Origin: an uncultured bacterium
GTDB taxonomy: Bacteria; Fidelibacterota; Marinisomatia; Marinisomatales; JABMOV01
Length of the DNA: 64,000 nt
Reading direction: 5' to 3'
Assembly: GCA_964344305.1 (NCBI GenBank)
Contig: CAYFMT010000007.1
Coordinates: 26,886-90,885, forward strand
The notes under the pieces were generated by a model. That model did no database searches. It saw nothing but the letters and a program-made list of their open reading frames with translations, and was not told the origin of the DNA. How positions within the stretch are numbered: position 1 is the first letter of the stretch; each line of letters starts with the position of its first letter. Below are positions 20,002-29,840 of the stretch, piece after piece. Both the position numbers and the translations under genes were made by a program.

Positions 20002-20615
20002 TGAAATGGATTAAAAATTTATATGACTGGGTTTTACACTGGGCCGATACACGATATGGGGTTGCAGCTCTGGTTATTTTATCCTTCGCTGAAGCATCTT
20101 TTTTTCCCATACCACCCGATGTGTTGCTCATAGCCCTGGTATTGGGAGCGAGAACCAGAGCCTTAATATTTGCTGCGTATTGTTCCATAGCCTCCGTATT
20201 GGGAGGAGCAACTGGGTATTTAATTGGTCAGGTGTTATGGTGGAATACTGATGGTAAATTTTCCAGAATCGCACAATTCTTCTTTGACAATATTCCCGGG
20301 TTTACTCACGACGTATTCGTAAGTATACAAACGTTGTATGATACCTGGAATTTCTGGGTGATTTTTACTGCGGGATTCACACCAATACCATTCAAGGTAT
20401 TTACTATCAGCGCTGGTGCGTTTGATATTTCATTTGTCATGTTTATGATTGCGTCGATTGTAAGTCGATCAGCAAGGTTCTTCCTGGTAGCAGGACTTAT
20501 CTGGAAATTTGGTGATCCAATACGATCATTTATTGATAAATATTTTAACCTGCTTGCGATATTATTCACAATTGTCCTTATTGGAGGATTTGTGGTTATT
20601 AAATATTTATTCTAG
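20001..20615 (+). CDS. YqaA/DedA-family membrane protein
   Basis: 204 aa, polytopic, with the motif FAEASFFPIPPDVLLIAL characteristic of the YqaA/SNARE-associated family. Its start overlaps the upstream stop by 1 nt. Confidence 0.75.
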   Translation: MKWIKNLYDWVLHWADTRYGVAALVILSFAEASFFPIPPDVLLIALVLGARTRALIFAAYCSIASVLGGATGYLIGQVLWWNTDGKFSRIAQFFFDNIPGFTHDVFVSIQTLYDTWNFWVIFTAGFTPIPFKVFTISAGAFDISFVMFMIASIVSRSARFFLVAGLIWKFGDPIRSFIDKYFNLLAILFTIVLIGGFVVIKYLF

Positions 20616-20706
20616 CAGGGAATATTGGAACTCATGTAGTATTTCGAGCATGATGTATAATGAAATGAGTATTATAATCTATTTTGAACACAAATAGAAT
20701 CTCCAG

Positions 20707-20781
20707 TCGGGGTGAGAGGATTCGAACCTCCGACCTCGTCGTCCCGAACGACGCGCGCTAACCGGGCTGCGCTACACCCCG
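20707..20781 (-). tRNA. tRNA-Pro (anticodon CGG)
   Basis: Reverse complement reads CGGGGTG-TA-GCGC...GCGC-G-CGTCG-TTCGGGA-CGACG...GGAGG-TTCGAAT-CCTCT-CACCCCG-A. Confidence 0.9.
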
Positions 20782-21058
20782 AAAGGTAAATTTTCAATTA
20801 GAAACCGAAGGGAAATCTAAAAAATAGATGGAGGAAAACTAAACGGTTTCACCAGTGATACATTTATGCTTGGCTGCTAATTGAATGTTGGTGAACCAAT
20901 AGACAGGTTAATATTCTTATAATCTGGATATTATTATAAATCTTGTGTAAATTTCTGGCTCTGCGTGAAAACTTGATTACAAAACAGAGCAACCAATTCT
21001 TTGTAACATAATCGAGATACGTACATCTATTAATGAATAGAAACAAGGAGAAAGGCAT

Positions 21059-21916
21059 TTGGCCACTTCAGTAAAAAAAAGTAGTAAAATCTCAAACGGA
21101 AGTATCAGTATGTACCTTGCTGAAATCGGTCGTTTCAATCCCCTGGAACCAGACAGGGAAGTGGAACTGGCATTACGAATTCAGGATGGGGATGAACTGG
21201 CTATGAAAGAATTGGTGGAAGCCAATTTACGTTTCGTTGTTTCCGTTGCAAAAAAATACCAGGGAAATGGACTGTCATTAGCCGATATCATAAACGAAGG
21301 CAATTTAGGTCTCATAAAAGCGGCAAAACGGTTCGATCCTTCCCGTGGTTTTAAGTTTATCTCGTATGCAGTATGGTGGATAAGACAATCCATCCTTCAG
21401 GCGTTAGCCGAGCAGGGAAGACTTATTAGGCTGCCATTGAATCGTGTTGGTACCATCACGAAAATCACAAAAGTAGCTGAAAAACTTGAGGCTGAGATTG
21501 AACGTCAGCCCAAAGTCGATGAAATCAGTCACCAGCTGAATATATCCAGTGAGGAAGTCTTCAATGCATTTCAGTACTCCAGACGGCACAGTTCTCTGGA
21601 TACACCCTTCACTGAAGGTGAAAAAAATTCCCTCCTGGATGTCGTAGAGGACGATCTGGCTCCCATGCCGGATACAGAAGTCATGAGGAAATCCATGAAA
21701 GAGGATGTTCTCATGGCACTGACTACACTTCCTGAGCGTGAATGTGCAGTCCTTGAAATGTATTTTGGCATCAATCGTGATCGTGCCCATACATTGAATG
21801 AGATTGGCGAGGAGTTTAACCTAACTCGCGAACGTGTAAGACAGATCAAGGAAAAAGCAATACGACGCTTGCAGCATAAGTCCAGAAGTGAAACATTGAG
21901 AATGTATCTGGGCTAA
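21059..21916 (+). CDS. rpoD: primary-type RNA polymerase sigma-70 factor (short, FCB/Bacteroidetes-like, no region 1.1)
   Basis: 285 aa with regions 1.2 to 4.2 intact (ANLRFVVSVAKKYQGNGLSLADIINEGNLGLIKAAKRFD, FISYAVWWIRQSI, LTRERVRQIKEKA). TTG start. Confidence 0.88.
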   Translation: MATSVKKSSKISNGSISMYLAEIGRFNPLEPDREVELALRIQDGDELAMKELVEANLRFVVSVAKKYQGNGLSLADIINEGNLGLIKAAKRFDPSRGFKFISYAVWWIRQSILQALAEQGRLIRLPLNRVGTITKITKVAEKLEAEIERQPKVDEISHQLNISSEEVFNAFQYSRRHSSLDTPFTEGEKNSLLDVVEDDLAPMPDTEVMRKSMKEDVLMALTTLPERECAVLEMYFGINRDRAHTLNEIGEEFNLTRERVRQIKEKAIRRLQHKSRSETLRMYLG

Positions 21917-21937
21917 GCATTCAAGATCTCAATTGAA

Positions 21938-21968
21938 GGGTATTAACTGTGTTAATACCCTTTTTTTA
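21938..21968 (+). terminator. rho-independent terminator
   Basis: Perfect 10-bp stem GGGTATTAAC / GTTAATACCC with a 3-nt loop and then T7, located 22 nt after the sigma gene stop. Confidence 0.85.
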
Positions 21969-22046
21969 TATATAATAGCCTGCTTGATGTGATTCTGATC
22001 GGAAGTAATTTCACCAATCCTTTTGAAAAGAAATACCTGAAAAACA

Positions 22047-24518
22047 ATGTCACAATACGATTTTAAATCCATTGAAAGAAAATGGCAAAAATTCTGGGAA
22101 GAAGAGAGAGTATTCCGAGCAGAAAATCATTCTGAGAAACCAAAATTCTATTGTCTGGTAGAATTTCCCTATCCATCAGGTGATGGCCTTCATGTTGGTC
22201 ATCCACGATCTTACACGGCGCTGGATATACTTGCACGAAAGAAAAGGATGGAAGGGTATAATGTTTTGTTTCCCATGGGATTTGACAGTTTTGGTCTTCC
22301 TTCAGAAAACTATGCCATTAAAACAGGTATTCATCCAACCATAACCACAGAAAAGAATGTTGCACGGTTTACACAACAATTAAAGTCCCTTGGATTTTCA
22401 TTTGACTGGGATCGTTCATTCTCTACAACGGAACCGGAATACTACAAATGGACCCAATGGATATTTATTCAATTCTATAATCATGGACTTGCATACAAGA
22501 AAAAAATGCCAATCAACTGGTGTTTAGCCTGCAAGATTGGTTTGGCGAATGAAGAAGTAGTAGATGGCTGTTGTGAGCGATGTGGTGGAGAGGTTGAGAA
22601 ACGACAAATCTCACAATGGATGTTAAAAATCACAGAATATGCCGACAAACTTCTTGAGGATCTAGATTCTGTTAATTATCTGGAAAAAATAAAGTTACAG
22701 CAGAAAAACTGGATTGGTAAATCGGAAGGTGCCACGGTCCATTTCAAAATAGATGGCCATTCGGAAAAAGATCTATCTGTATTTACAACCCGTCCAGATA
22801 CATTGTTTGGGGTCACATTTATGGTACTGGCACCTGAACATGATTTCATTGACAGTATTACCACTGATGAATATAAATCACATGTGGATCAGTACAGAAA
22901 GTCGGCGGCGAAAAAGAGTGACTTAGAGAGAACAGAATTAAGTACAGTAAAAACGGGTGCATTCACGGGTGCCTATGCCATTAATCCTGTTAATGACCAA
23001 TTGATACCCATCTGGATAGCCGATTATGTACTAAGCACGTACGGTACCGGTGCTATTATGGCAGTTCCTGCCCATGATGAGCGGGATTTTGAATTTGCCA
23101 AGAAATTTCAATTGCCAATACAATGTATCATTGAGCCCGATGAATCATTGTTACAAAAATACAAGTTAAACAGGGAGGAAGTGCTGGAGTCCAAGGTTTG
23201 CTGGCCTCATGATGGTAAAGGTATAAACTCCAGTAATAACAATGGACTAGATATCAATGGACTTTCTGTTGAGACTACTATTTCTACAACGATATCCTGG
23301 CTGGATAAAAACGGAATGGGGGAGTATTCTTTACAATACAAATTGCGGGATTGGGTATTCTCCCGGCAGCGTTACTGGGGTGAACCCATTCCAATGATTC
23401 TTTGTGAGGACTGTGGCTGGAATCCGGTTCCTGAAGAAGATTTACCGGTACTATTACCGGAAGTAGACAAATATGAACCAACGGACACAGGAGAATCGCC
23501 CTTGGCGGTTATTCATGATTGGGTGAATGCTACTTGTCCTAAATGTGCCAAACCAGCCAAAAGAGAAACAGATACTATGCCTAATTGGGCAGGTTCTTCG
23601 TGGTATTTTCTTCGATACATAGATCCGCACAATAATAAGAATATTGCAAACCATGATCTACTGAAGTACTGGATGCCCGTTGACTGGTACAATGGTGGAA
23701 TGGAGCATACCACGCTGCATTTACTGTATTCACGTTTTTGGAACAAGTTTTTGCATGATATTGGTGTTGTACCTGTGTCAGAACCATATTTAAAGCGGAC
23801 TTCGCACGGGATGGTACTGGGCGAAGGTGGTGAAAAAATGTCCAAGTCACGGGGGAATGTTATTAATCCTGATGATGTGGTGGATAAATATGGTGCTGAT
23901 GTGTTTAGAATGTATGAAATGTTCATTGGACCATTTGATCAATCAGCATCCTGGGATACAAAAGGGATTGTTGGAATAGATCGTTTTATTCAGCGAGTAT
24001 GGAAGTTTTTTGATATTGTTAAAATTGAAGATAAGCCCGAATTCGATAAAGATCTATTATATACCATTCACACAACAATAAAAAAATTAACGGAAGATAT
24101 TGATTCCCTGAATTTGAATACTGGAATCAGCCAATTGATGATATGTTTGAATGATATGTATTCCAGAGACACTATTTCAAAAGACACTGCAATGTCGTTT
24201 TTACTGTTATTGTCACCGTATGCTCCGCATATAACTGAAGAGATATGGAAGATTCGAATCAGTGATGACAATGAAACCATAAGCTATAAAAGTTGGCCCA
24301 GCTTTAATCCTGATTATCTGGTGAAGGATACAATTACTATTGCAGTTCAGGTTAACGGAAAACTACGCGGTGAAATAACCGTTAGTGCTGATGCAACAAA
24401 AGAAGATATCCTAAATGAAGCTAAAAAGGCTGAAAGAGTTAATGATTACTTGCAAAAGGGAACACTTATAAAAGAAATAGTCGTACCGGGACGATTGGTG
24501 AACTTCGTTGTTAAGTAA
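22047..24518 (+). CDS. leuS: leucine--tRNA ligase
   Basis: 823 aa with class I HIGH (HVGH) and KMSKS motifs, plus CP1 editing and zinc-binding cysteines. Confidence 0.97.
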   Translation: MSQYDFKSIERKWQKFWEEERVFRAENHSEKPKFYCLVEFPYPSGDGLHVGHPRSYTALDILARKKRMEGYNVLFPMGFDSFGLPSENYAIKTGIHPTITTEKNVARFTQQLKSLGFSFDWDRSFSTTEPEYYKWTQWIFIQFYNHGLAYKKKMPINWCLACKIGLANEEVVDGCCERCGGEVEKRQISQWMLKITEYADKLLEDLDSVNYLEKIKLQQKNWIGKSEGATVHFKIDGHSEKDLSVFTTRPDTLFGVTFMVLAPEHDFIDSITTDEYKSHVDQYRKSAAKKSDLERTELSTVKTGAFTGAYAINPVNDQLIPIWIADYVLSTYGTGAIMAVPAHDERDFEFAKKFQLPIQCIIEPDESLLQKYKLNREEVLESKVCWPHDGKGINSSNNNGLDINGLSVETTISTTISWLDKNGMGEYSLQYKLRDWVFSRQRYWGEPIPMILCEDCGWNPVPEEDLPVLLPEVDKYEPTDTGESPLAVIHDWVNATCPKCAKPAKRETDTMPNWAGSSWYFLRYIDPHNNKNIANHDLLKYWMPVDWYNGGMEHTTLHLLYSRFWNKFLHDIGVVPVSEPYLKRTSHGMVLGEGGEKMSKSRGNVINPDDVVDKYGADVFRMYEMFIGPFDQSASWDTKGIVGIDRFIQRVWKFFDIVKIEDKPEFDKDLLYTIHTTIKKLTEDIDSLNLNTGISQLMICLNDMYSRDTISKDTAMSFLLLLSPYAPHITEEIWKIRISDDNETISYKSWPSFNPDYLVKDTITIAVQVNGKLRGEITVSADATKEDILNEAKKAERVNDYLQKGTLIKEIVVPGRLVNFVVK

Positions 24519-24564
24519 TTCGTCAATTAACTATAATTATACATAATATATATTATACGCAATA

Positions 24565-25587
24565 TTACTGTACTTGAGAACGGAAAGCGTCGATATTTTC
24601 TTTGGAGCCAAGAACCATAATGGTCTGGCTAGGTTTTAGCACTGTATGTGGATCAGGGTTGATAATTGTTTGACCATCTTCCTCTTTTACACCTACAATA
24701 ATTAAATTATAAGATTCACGTATGTTTGAATCCTTTATCATCATCCCATCAAATGATTGGAGATCATTAATATTGAATTCATCAATAACCAGATCCATTT
24801 CAGTTTCTTTAAGCGTAATAGATACGGTATCCTGAATAGTTGGCTGGATAAGTAACTCTGCCATTTTATGTCCACCGGCGATGTACGGATTTATAACTTT
24901 ATTTGCACCTGCCCTTTTCAACTTGTTTCGTGTATCGAGCTTGCTACATCGGCTTAAGATAAAGGCATTTGGCGCAAGAATACGTGCGGACATGGTAACG
25001 AATAAATTATCCTGATCTGTATCCAGGGTTACGACAATTCCTTCAGCATATTCCGCTCTGGCAGAGATCATGGTTTCTTCAAGAGTGGCATCGGCCTGTA
25101 AATATTTATACCCTTTTTCCTGGATTTTTTCAACTTTTGCATCACTGTGATCAATAATGACGAATGGAAGGTGTTTCTCATGCAATTCTTTTGCAATAAC
25201 AGCTCCCATTCTTCCATAACCGAAAATAATATAATGCTTTTTCAGGTTTTTGATTCTTCCAATCATTTGTCGCCTCCGATAGCGATTGAATTCAATGAGT
25301 TCAGTACCAAATCGAGATATCATAACTGCATATCCGGATACACCGAACATAATAACAATAATAGCCCACAGCCGTCCAACATCATTAAGAGAATGAACTT
25401 CACTGAAACCGACTGTTGTGAGGGTTATGACCGTCATATACAGGCTGTCCAGTAAAGACCAATCCTTACCACCAATAATATAAAACCCTGCCGTACCTAT
25501 ACTGGTTAATAACAGCAGATAGAGTAAAAATACGAATCGATGTTTTTTTGGTTTAAACAAACTCATGGTGCTGTTTCCATGATCCAC
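24565..25587 (-). CDS. potassium channel with RCK (TrkA-N/TrkA-C) domains
   Basis: 340 aa with two TM helices flanking a selectivity filter TTVGFSE, then a Rossmann-like TrkA-N domain (IIFGYGRMG) and a TrkA-C domain. Confidence 0.85.
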   Translation of the reverse strand: MDHGNSTMSLFKPKKHRFVFLLYLLLLTSIGTAGFYIIGGKDWSLLDSLYMTVITLTTVGFSEVHSLNDVGRLWAIIVIMFGVSGYAVMISRFGTELIEFNRYRRRQMIGRIKNLKKHYIIFGYGRMGAVIAKELHEKHLPFVIIDHSDAKVEKIQEKGYKYLQADATLEETMISARAEYAEGIVVTLDTDQDNLFVTMSARILAPNAFILSRCSKLDTRNKLKRAGANKVINPYIAGGHKMAELLIQPTIQDTVSITLKETEMDLVIDEFNINDLQSFDGMMIKDSNIRESYNLIIVGVKEEDGQTIINPDPHTVLKPSQTIMVLGSKENIDAFRSQVQ

Positions 25588-25883
25588 TGTAAATATGCAG
25601 GATCTCCATTTTGGACACCAATAGTTATTACTTCGGGCAAATCATAAGGGTGATTTTTTCGAATACACTTATACACTTCAGGTTCTTTTGATTTTGATGC
25701 TTTGATTACGAGCAAACATTCCTTTTCGTTGACTGCGGTGTCATTCCATCGGTAAACAGATTCAATATTAGGTATAATATTCACACAGGCAGCTAATCGG
25801 TCAATATCCACCAGTTTCTTTGCAATAGCCCGAGCTTCATTTATGGTTGAAACTGTTGATAAAATCATAACTATTTCTTTCAC
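25563..25883 (-). CDS. cutA: divalent-cation tolerance protein CutA
   Basis: 106 aa with sequence ...LAACVNI...ESVYRW......E..L.IK... typical of CutA1. Confidence 0.8.
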   Translation of the reverse strand: MKEIVMILSTVSTINEARAIAKKLVDIDRLAACVNIIPNIESVYRWNDTAVNEKECLLVIKASKSKEPEVYKCIRKNHPYDLPEVITIGVQNGDPAYLQWIMETAP

Positions 25884-25922
25884 AGAGAAACCTCCAAAGC
25901 ATTGAAAACTGAGTAGTGAAAG

Positions 25923-25996
25923 TACGCCCGGGAGGATTCGAACCCCCGGCCTCCAGAACCGGAATCTGGCGCTCTATCCAACTGAGCTACGGGCGC
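25923..25996 (-). tRNA. tRNA-Arg (anticodon CCG)
   Basis: Reverse complement reads GCGCCCG-TA-GCTC-AGTTGGATA-GAGC-G-CCAGA-TTCCGGT-TCTGG-AGGCC-GGGGG-TTCGAAT-CCTCC-CGGGCGT-A, with a G1-U72 wobble. Confidence 0.85.
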
Positions 25997-26057
25997 AATT
26001 ATAAAAGTGTTACAAATACTATTGTGAATTTATATTAAAAGTATATCGTAATAGGAC

Positions 26058-26939
26058 CTAAGAATTCATTGCGGATTTTTCTGCCGCCTCTATTGTATTT
26101 TCAACTAGCATGGCTATGGTCATTGGTCCAACACCACCTGGCACCGGCGTCATTGCGAATGCAATATTTTCCAGGGATTTTCTATCTACATCGCCAGTAA
26201 GGCGATACCCACGTTCACGTTCAGGCGCATCCACCCTGTTTATGCCAACATCAATGACAATCGCATCTCTTTTCACATAGGAGTCGTTGATTAATTCTGG
26301 CACGCCAATAGCCGCGATCACAACATCCGCATCTTTTGTTACAGCAGGGATATCTTTGGTGCCGGAATGACAAATAGTTGTGGTTGCATTTGATCCTTTG
26401 GTTTTCAAGCTGGTCAAAAGAGACATTGGACGACCAACTATATTGCTCCTGCCAACGATCACCACATGTTTCCCGGAAAGATCAATATTATAATGTTCCA
26501 ATATTCGCATCACACCCTTAGGTGTACATGGAATAAATTCAGGCCTTCCTTGTGCCAGTTTTCCAATATTCACAGGATGAAATCCATCCACGTCTTTCTC
26601 AGGTAGAATATTATCAAGTATGCGGTCAGAATTAATGTGTTCTGGGAGAGGCAGTTGTACAAGAATTCCATGAAATCGATCATCTTGATTTAATTTATGG
26701 ATATGATAGAGCAGTTCACTTTCAGGAGTATTCTCCGGCAGCACAATGGTTTCTGAAAGCAGGTTCAAGGATGCAAATTTCTTTGCCTTACTGTTCACAT
26801 ATACTTTTGATGCAGGGTCATCTCCAACAAGAACAACAGCGAGACCAGGCACAATATCTTTGGCTTTTAATGTTTCAATTCGAGATGTTAGAGTCGAAAA
26901 AACACTCTGACTCACCTCTTTTCCAGAAAGTAATATCAT
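26058..26939 (-). CDS. folD: bifunctional methylenetetrahydrofolate dehydrogenase / methenyl-THF cyclohydrolase
   Basis: 293 aa with motifs VGDDPAS.VYV..K, GILVQLPLP, GRSNIVGRPM and TPVPGGVGPMT. Confidence 0.95.
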   Translation of the reverse strand: MILLSGKEVSQSVFSTLTSRIETLKAKDIVPGLAVVLVGDDPASKVYVNSKAKKFASLNLLSETIVLPENTPESELLYHIHKLNQDDRFHGILVQLPLPEHINSDRILDNILPEKDVDGFHPVNIGKLAQGRPEFIPCTPKGVMRILEHYNIDLSGKHVVIVGRSNIVGRPMSLLTSLKTKGSNATTTICHSGTKDIPAVTKDADVVIAAIGVPELINDSYVKRDAIVIDVGINRVDAPERERGYRLTGDVDRKSLENIAFAMTPVPGGVGPMTIAMLVENTIEAAEKSAMNS

Positions 26940-26967
26940 ATGCGGTAGGGATGTTATTGATTAGTAC

Positions 26968-27285
26968 TTATTCCAGGGATTCATCAACAAGATCGATGAG
27001 TGAACTAACCCTGTTATCAACTTCACGTATGGTGGAATCCTTATCTTTTTGCAAGGTGAACAATTCATCTGAAATATTCATGGCTGCAAGAATAGCAATT
27101 CGAGTGGAAGATTGATCGGTGGCTAGACTATCCTGAACTTCGCGCATTTTTCCATCAACAAAGGAAGCAATGTCTTTTATGTAAGAAGCATCTGCCGGTG
27201 CCTTAACCGTATACTCCTGGCCGAAGATACTAACACGAACTAAACTGGCACGGTCATCCATTGTTTTCCTGACTGTACTCATCAA
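26968..27285 (-). CDS. zapA: cell division protein ZapA
   Basis: About 100 aa. Sequence VSIFGQEYTVKAP....YI..IA..VD......Q...AILAAMNI..EL resembles ZapA. The start may instead be the ATG at 27261. Confidence 0.75.
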   Translation of the reverse strand: MMSTVRKTMDDRASLVRVSIFGQEYTVKAPADASYIKDIASFVDGKMREVQDSLATDQSSTRIAILAAMNISDELFTLQKDKDSTIREVDNRVSSLIDLVDESLE

Positions 27286-27445
27286 GCAATTGAATTAAAT
27301 GCTCTACGCGCATTTCGATTGCTGCCAGTTTTTCTGATACTCCTGATGGGCTTCCGCCACTGGAAATTCCCTGCTTTGCCGATTTGAGTTCATCAGCGAG
27401 AAGCCTGATCTTGTTTTCCAGTTCATCAAAAAGGGCAATGTTCAT
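27254..27445 (-). CDS. small coiled-coil protein (ZapB-like)
   Basis: 63-aa helical ORF (FDELENKIRLLADELKSAK...) coupled to the pheT stop (ATGA overlap) and immediately upstream of zapA. Confidence 0.5.
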   Translation of the reverse strand: MNIALFDELENKIRLLADELKSAKQGISSGGSPSGVSEKLAAIEMRVEHLIQLLDEYSQENNG

Positions 27446-29826
27446 AGCGACCTTAATTTACCATCAAAAGATGATTCAACAACACTTATAATTTCATTTA
27501 TTATTGAATTTACTTCCGAATCTTCAAGTGTTCTGACATCACTTTGGAATAGAAGTTTATACACAATACTCTTTTTCCCTGCTCCAAGAGATTCATGTGT
27601 AAACACATCCATGGGATCAATAGATACAAGATGATCAAACTTTTGATCTTTAATTCGTTGGATCACATCATTTGTCAATACTGAATTATCGAAAACAAAA
27701 TTTAAATCTCTATCTATTACCGGATATACAGATATTCCTGTATAAGCGGGTCTCTCCTTTAGTTCAAGGAGCTTATTCACATCGAGTTCAAAAGCGAATA
27801 GATCAGTTTTTACCTTTAGGTTTAAATCTGAGAGTAATTGTTTTGAAACCTTCCCCAATTGACCAATCCTGTCTCCCTGAACAATTATGTTAAGGGCATG
27901 ATTATATAGCATTGATTGTGTTGCATCGAATGATGGGACAGATTTAAGAAAATCCCTGATAAATGATTTAACGAACCCTTTCAAATGAAAATAGGTAAAT
28001 GGAACACTTTCCTTTTTGTGAATATCGCGTATATGGTGATGACCACATATCAGTCCGGACATAGATGTTACTTCAGTATAGTTCTCAAAACCTGAACCTC
28101 GGCTATAATGAATTTGTCCAATTTCGAACAGCATTTGATCAGGACTGCCATTATTGATATTATGGATCGTATTCTCAAGGATCGCAGGTAATAGACTTGT
28201 TCTCAGTACTGCCATCTGCTCACCCAGAGGATTCAATGTTTCAATGGGTGTTTTTCCGGATATTCCAGCTACTTTGAGGGACTGCAGTGAATTGTTATAG
28301 CATTGATAAAAACCAAATCCTTTTAGTGTATTGATCAACTCAATGACTGGAGATTGTAAATCGGGGTTTGAAACGGGGAATAGACTGGAAAATGAAAGGG
28401 ATTCTGGGATGTTGTCATAACCATGTATTCTAACAATCTCTTCGATAAGATCAATTTCCCGCGTCAAATCAGGACGGTATGTAGGTGGAATACAGACAAG
28501 TAGTCCATTTTGGCTTTTAACAGTGATACCGAGTCCGGAAAGAATTGTGAGAATAGTATCCTCTGGTACAGAATACCCCAAAATGTCCTCTACACGGGAT
28601 ACTCTAAACTTTATCTCTGGCTGTTCAATCTTCCGGGCATAATTGTCAACCATTTCTGAAGCAAGTGTTCCCCCTGCGTAATCCTCAAGAAGCTCCACAA
28701 CTCGCCAGAATGCAGCCTCCACTCCATCGATATCTGCTCCACGTTCGAATCTACGAGATGCCTCTGTCAGCATACCAAGAGATTTTGATCCTTTGCGAAT
28801 GGTAACGGGATCAAAATATGCGCTTTCAATTAGCACATCCTTCGTATCCTCTGCAACAGCAGTGTTTAACCCACCCATAATTCCGGCGAGGGCAATAGGG
28901 TTTTCCCCATCTGTGATAAGCAAATGATCCTCATTCAAAACTCTTTTTTCCTCATCAAGAGTAATGAACTCCTGGCCATGTACTGCTTTTTTAACTGCTA
29001 TGGTTTTCGAAGGGATGAGTCTGTAGTCAAAAATATGTGTCGGATGGCCCATTTCCAGCAATACAAAATTCGATATATCCACCACATTGTTAATACTGCG
29101 TTGCCCTGCGGCGGTTAAACATTGCACCATCCAGTCTGGAGAGGAACCAATTTTTAAATTTTTTACAACACCGGCGATATACCTTGGACATCCATCTGGA
29201 TCATCAATAACAACATCAATATTCTCGTCTTTGTTTTGGGGTATAGCAGGTTTTCGTGAAGAATATGGTGAAAGTGGACGACCAGTCTTTAATGCAACTT
29301 CCCGGGCGATACCGAAGTGAGACAAAGCATCAGGACGGTTGGGTGTTATGTCCAATTCAATAGATGCTAGATTAGCATTGTAGTAATCGATAAATGAAAT
29401 ACCAGGTTCTGTATTTTCCGGCAATTCCATTATTCCTGAATGATCATCAGATAATTTTAATTCTTTTTCAGAACAAAGCATACCAAAGCTTTCAACGCCT
29501 CTTAACTTTGCCTTTTTAATTCTAAGCCCACCAACAAATTCTGCACCAATTTGAGCCATAAATACGTTTAACCCATCACGCACATTTGGTGCTCCACAAA
29601 TCACTTGATGTTCACCTGTTCCATCATTCACTGTGCACACACTTAGCTTGTCCGCATTAGGATGTTTTTCAACCGAGATTACATGGGCTGTAACCACTTT
29701 GTGTATAGTAGAGACATCAATTCCATCTTCTGCTTCGAATCCCAACAGGGTTAACATATCGGATAATTCATCCACAGATTCTTGAATATCAACGTAGCGA
29801 TTTAACCAATTAAGTGATAGCTGCAT
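27442..29826 (-). CDS. pheT: phenylalanine--tRNA ligase beta subunit
   Basis: 794 aa with an N-terminal tRNA-binding domain (HPNADKL..C.V), plus B3/4, B5 and FDX-ACB domains. It follows pheS. Confidence 0.96.
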   Translation of the reverse strand: MQLSLNWLNRYVDIQESVDELSDMLTLLGFEAEDGIDVSTIHKVVTAHVISVEKHPNADKLSVCTVNDGTGEHQVICGAPNVRDGLNVFMAQIGAEFVGGLRIKKAKLRGVESFGMLCSEKELKLSDDHSGIMELPENTEPGISFIDYYNANLASIELDITPNRPDALSHFGIAREVALKTGRPLSPYSSRKPAIPQNKDENIDVVIDDPDGCPRYIAGVVKNLKIGSSPDWMVQCLTAAGQRSINNVVDISNFVLLEMGHPTHIFDYRLIPSKTIAVKKAVHGQEFITLDEEKRVLNEDHLLITDGENPIALAGIMGGLNTAVAEDTKDVLIESAYFDPVTIRKGSKSLGMLTEASRRFERGADIDGVEAAFWRVVELLEDYAGGTLASEMVDNYARKIEQPEIKFRVSRVEDILGYSVPEDTILTILSGLGITVKSQNGLLVCIPPTYRPDLTREIDLIEEIVRIHGYDNIPESLSFSSLFPVSNPDLQSPVIELINTLKGFGFYQCYNNSLQSLKVAGISGKTPIETLNPLGEQMAVLRTSLLPAILENTIHNINNGSPDQMLFEIGQIHYSRGSGFENYTEVTSMSGLICGHHHIRDIHKKESVPFTYFHLKGFVKSFIRDFLKSVPSFDATQSMLYNHALNIIVQGDRIGQLGKVSKQLLSDLNLKVKTDLFAFELDVNKLLELKERPAYTGISVYPVIDRDLNFVFDNSVLTNDVIQRIKDQKFDHLVSIDPMDVFTHESLGAGKKSIVYKLLFQSDVRTLEDSEVNSIINEIISVVESSFDGKLRSL

Positions 29827-29840
29827 TCAATAAACCTGAG

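Noticed and set aside
20678-20698. Hairpin TCTATTT-TGAACAC-AAATAGA between yqaA and tRNA-Pro(CGG), considered as a possible bidirectional terminator.
   Set aside because: The stem is 7 bp with a single G-C pair and the rest A-T, and there is no clear T-tract on the plus strand. This is too weak to call.
20782-21058. 277-nt intergenic region upstream of the sigma gene, examined for an ncRNA or riboswitch, together with the 64-aa ORF at 20864..21058.
   Set aside because: I saw only weak, imperfect hairpins (GGTTTCACCA / TGGTGAACC with a long loop, and GCTCTG / CAGAGC). I recognised no known ncRNA motif, and the ORF is low-complexity. This is most likely promoter and leader sequence.
24519-24564. 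Very AT-rich convergent spacer between leuS and the K+ channel gene, considered as a terminator or repeat.
   Set aside because: It contains only short AT palindromes (TATAATTATA-like). There is no GC-containing stem and no repeat unit.
26940-26967. Looked for a 6S RNA (ssrS) downstream of zapA, as in the enterobacterial zapA-ssrS arrangement.
   Set aside because: Only 28 nt separate the zapA stop from the folD start, which leaves no room for a ~180-nt RNA.
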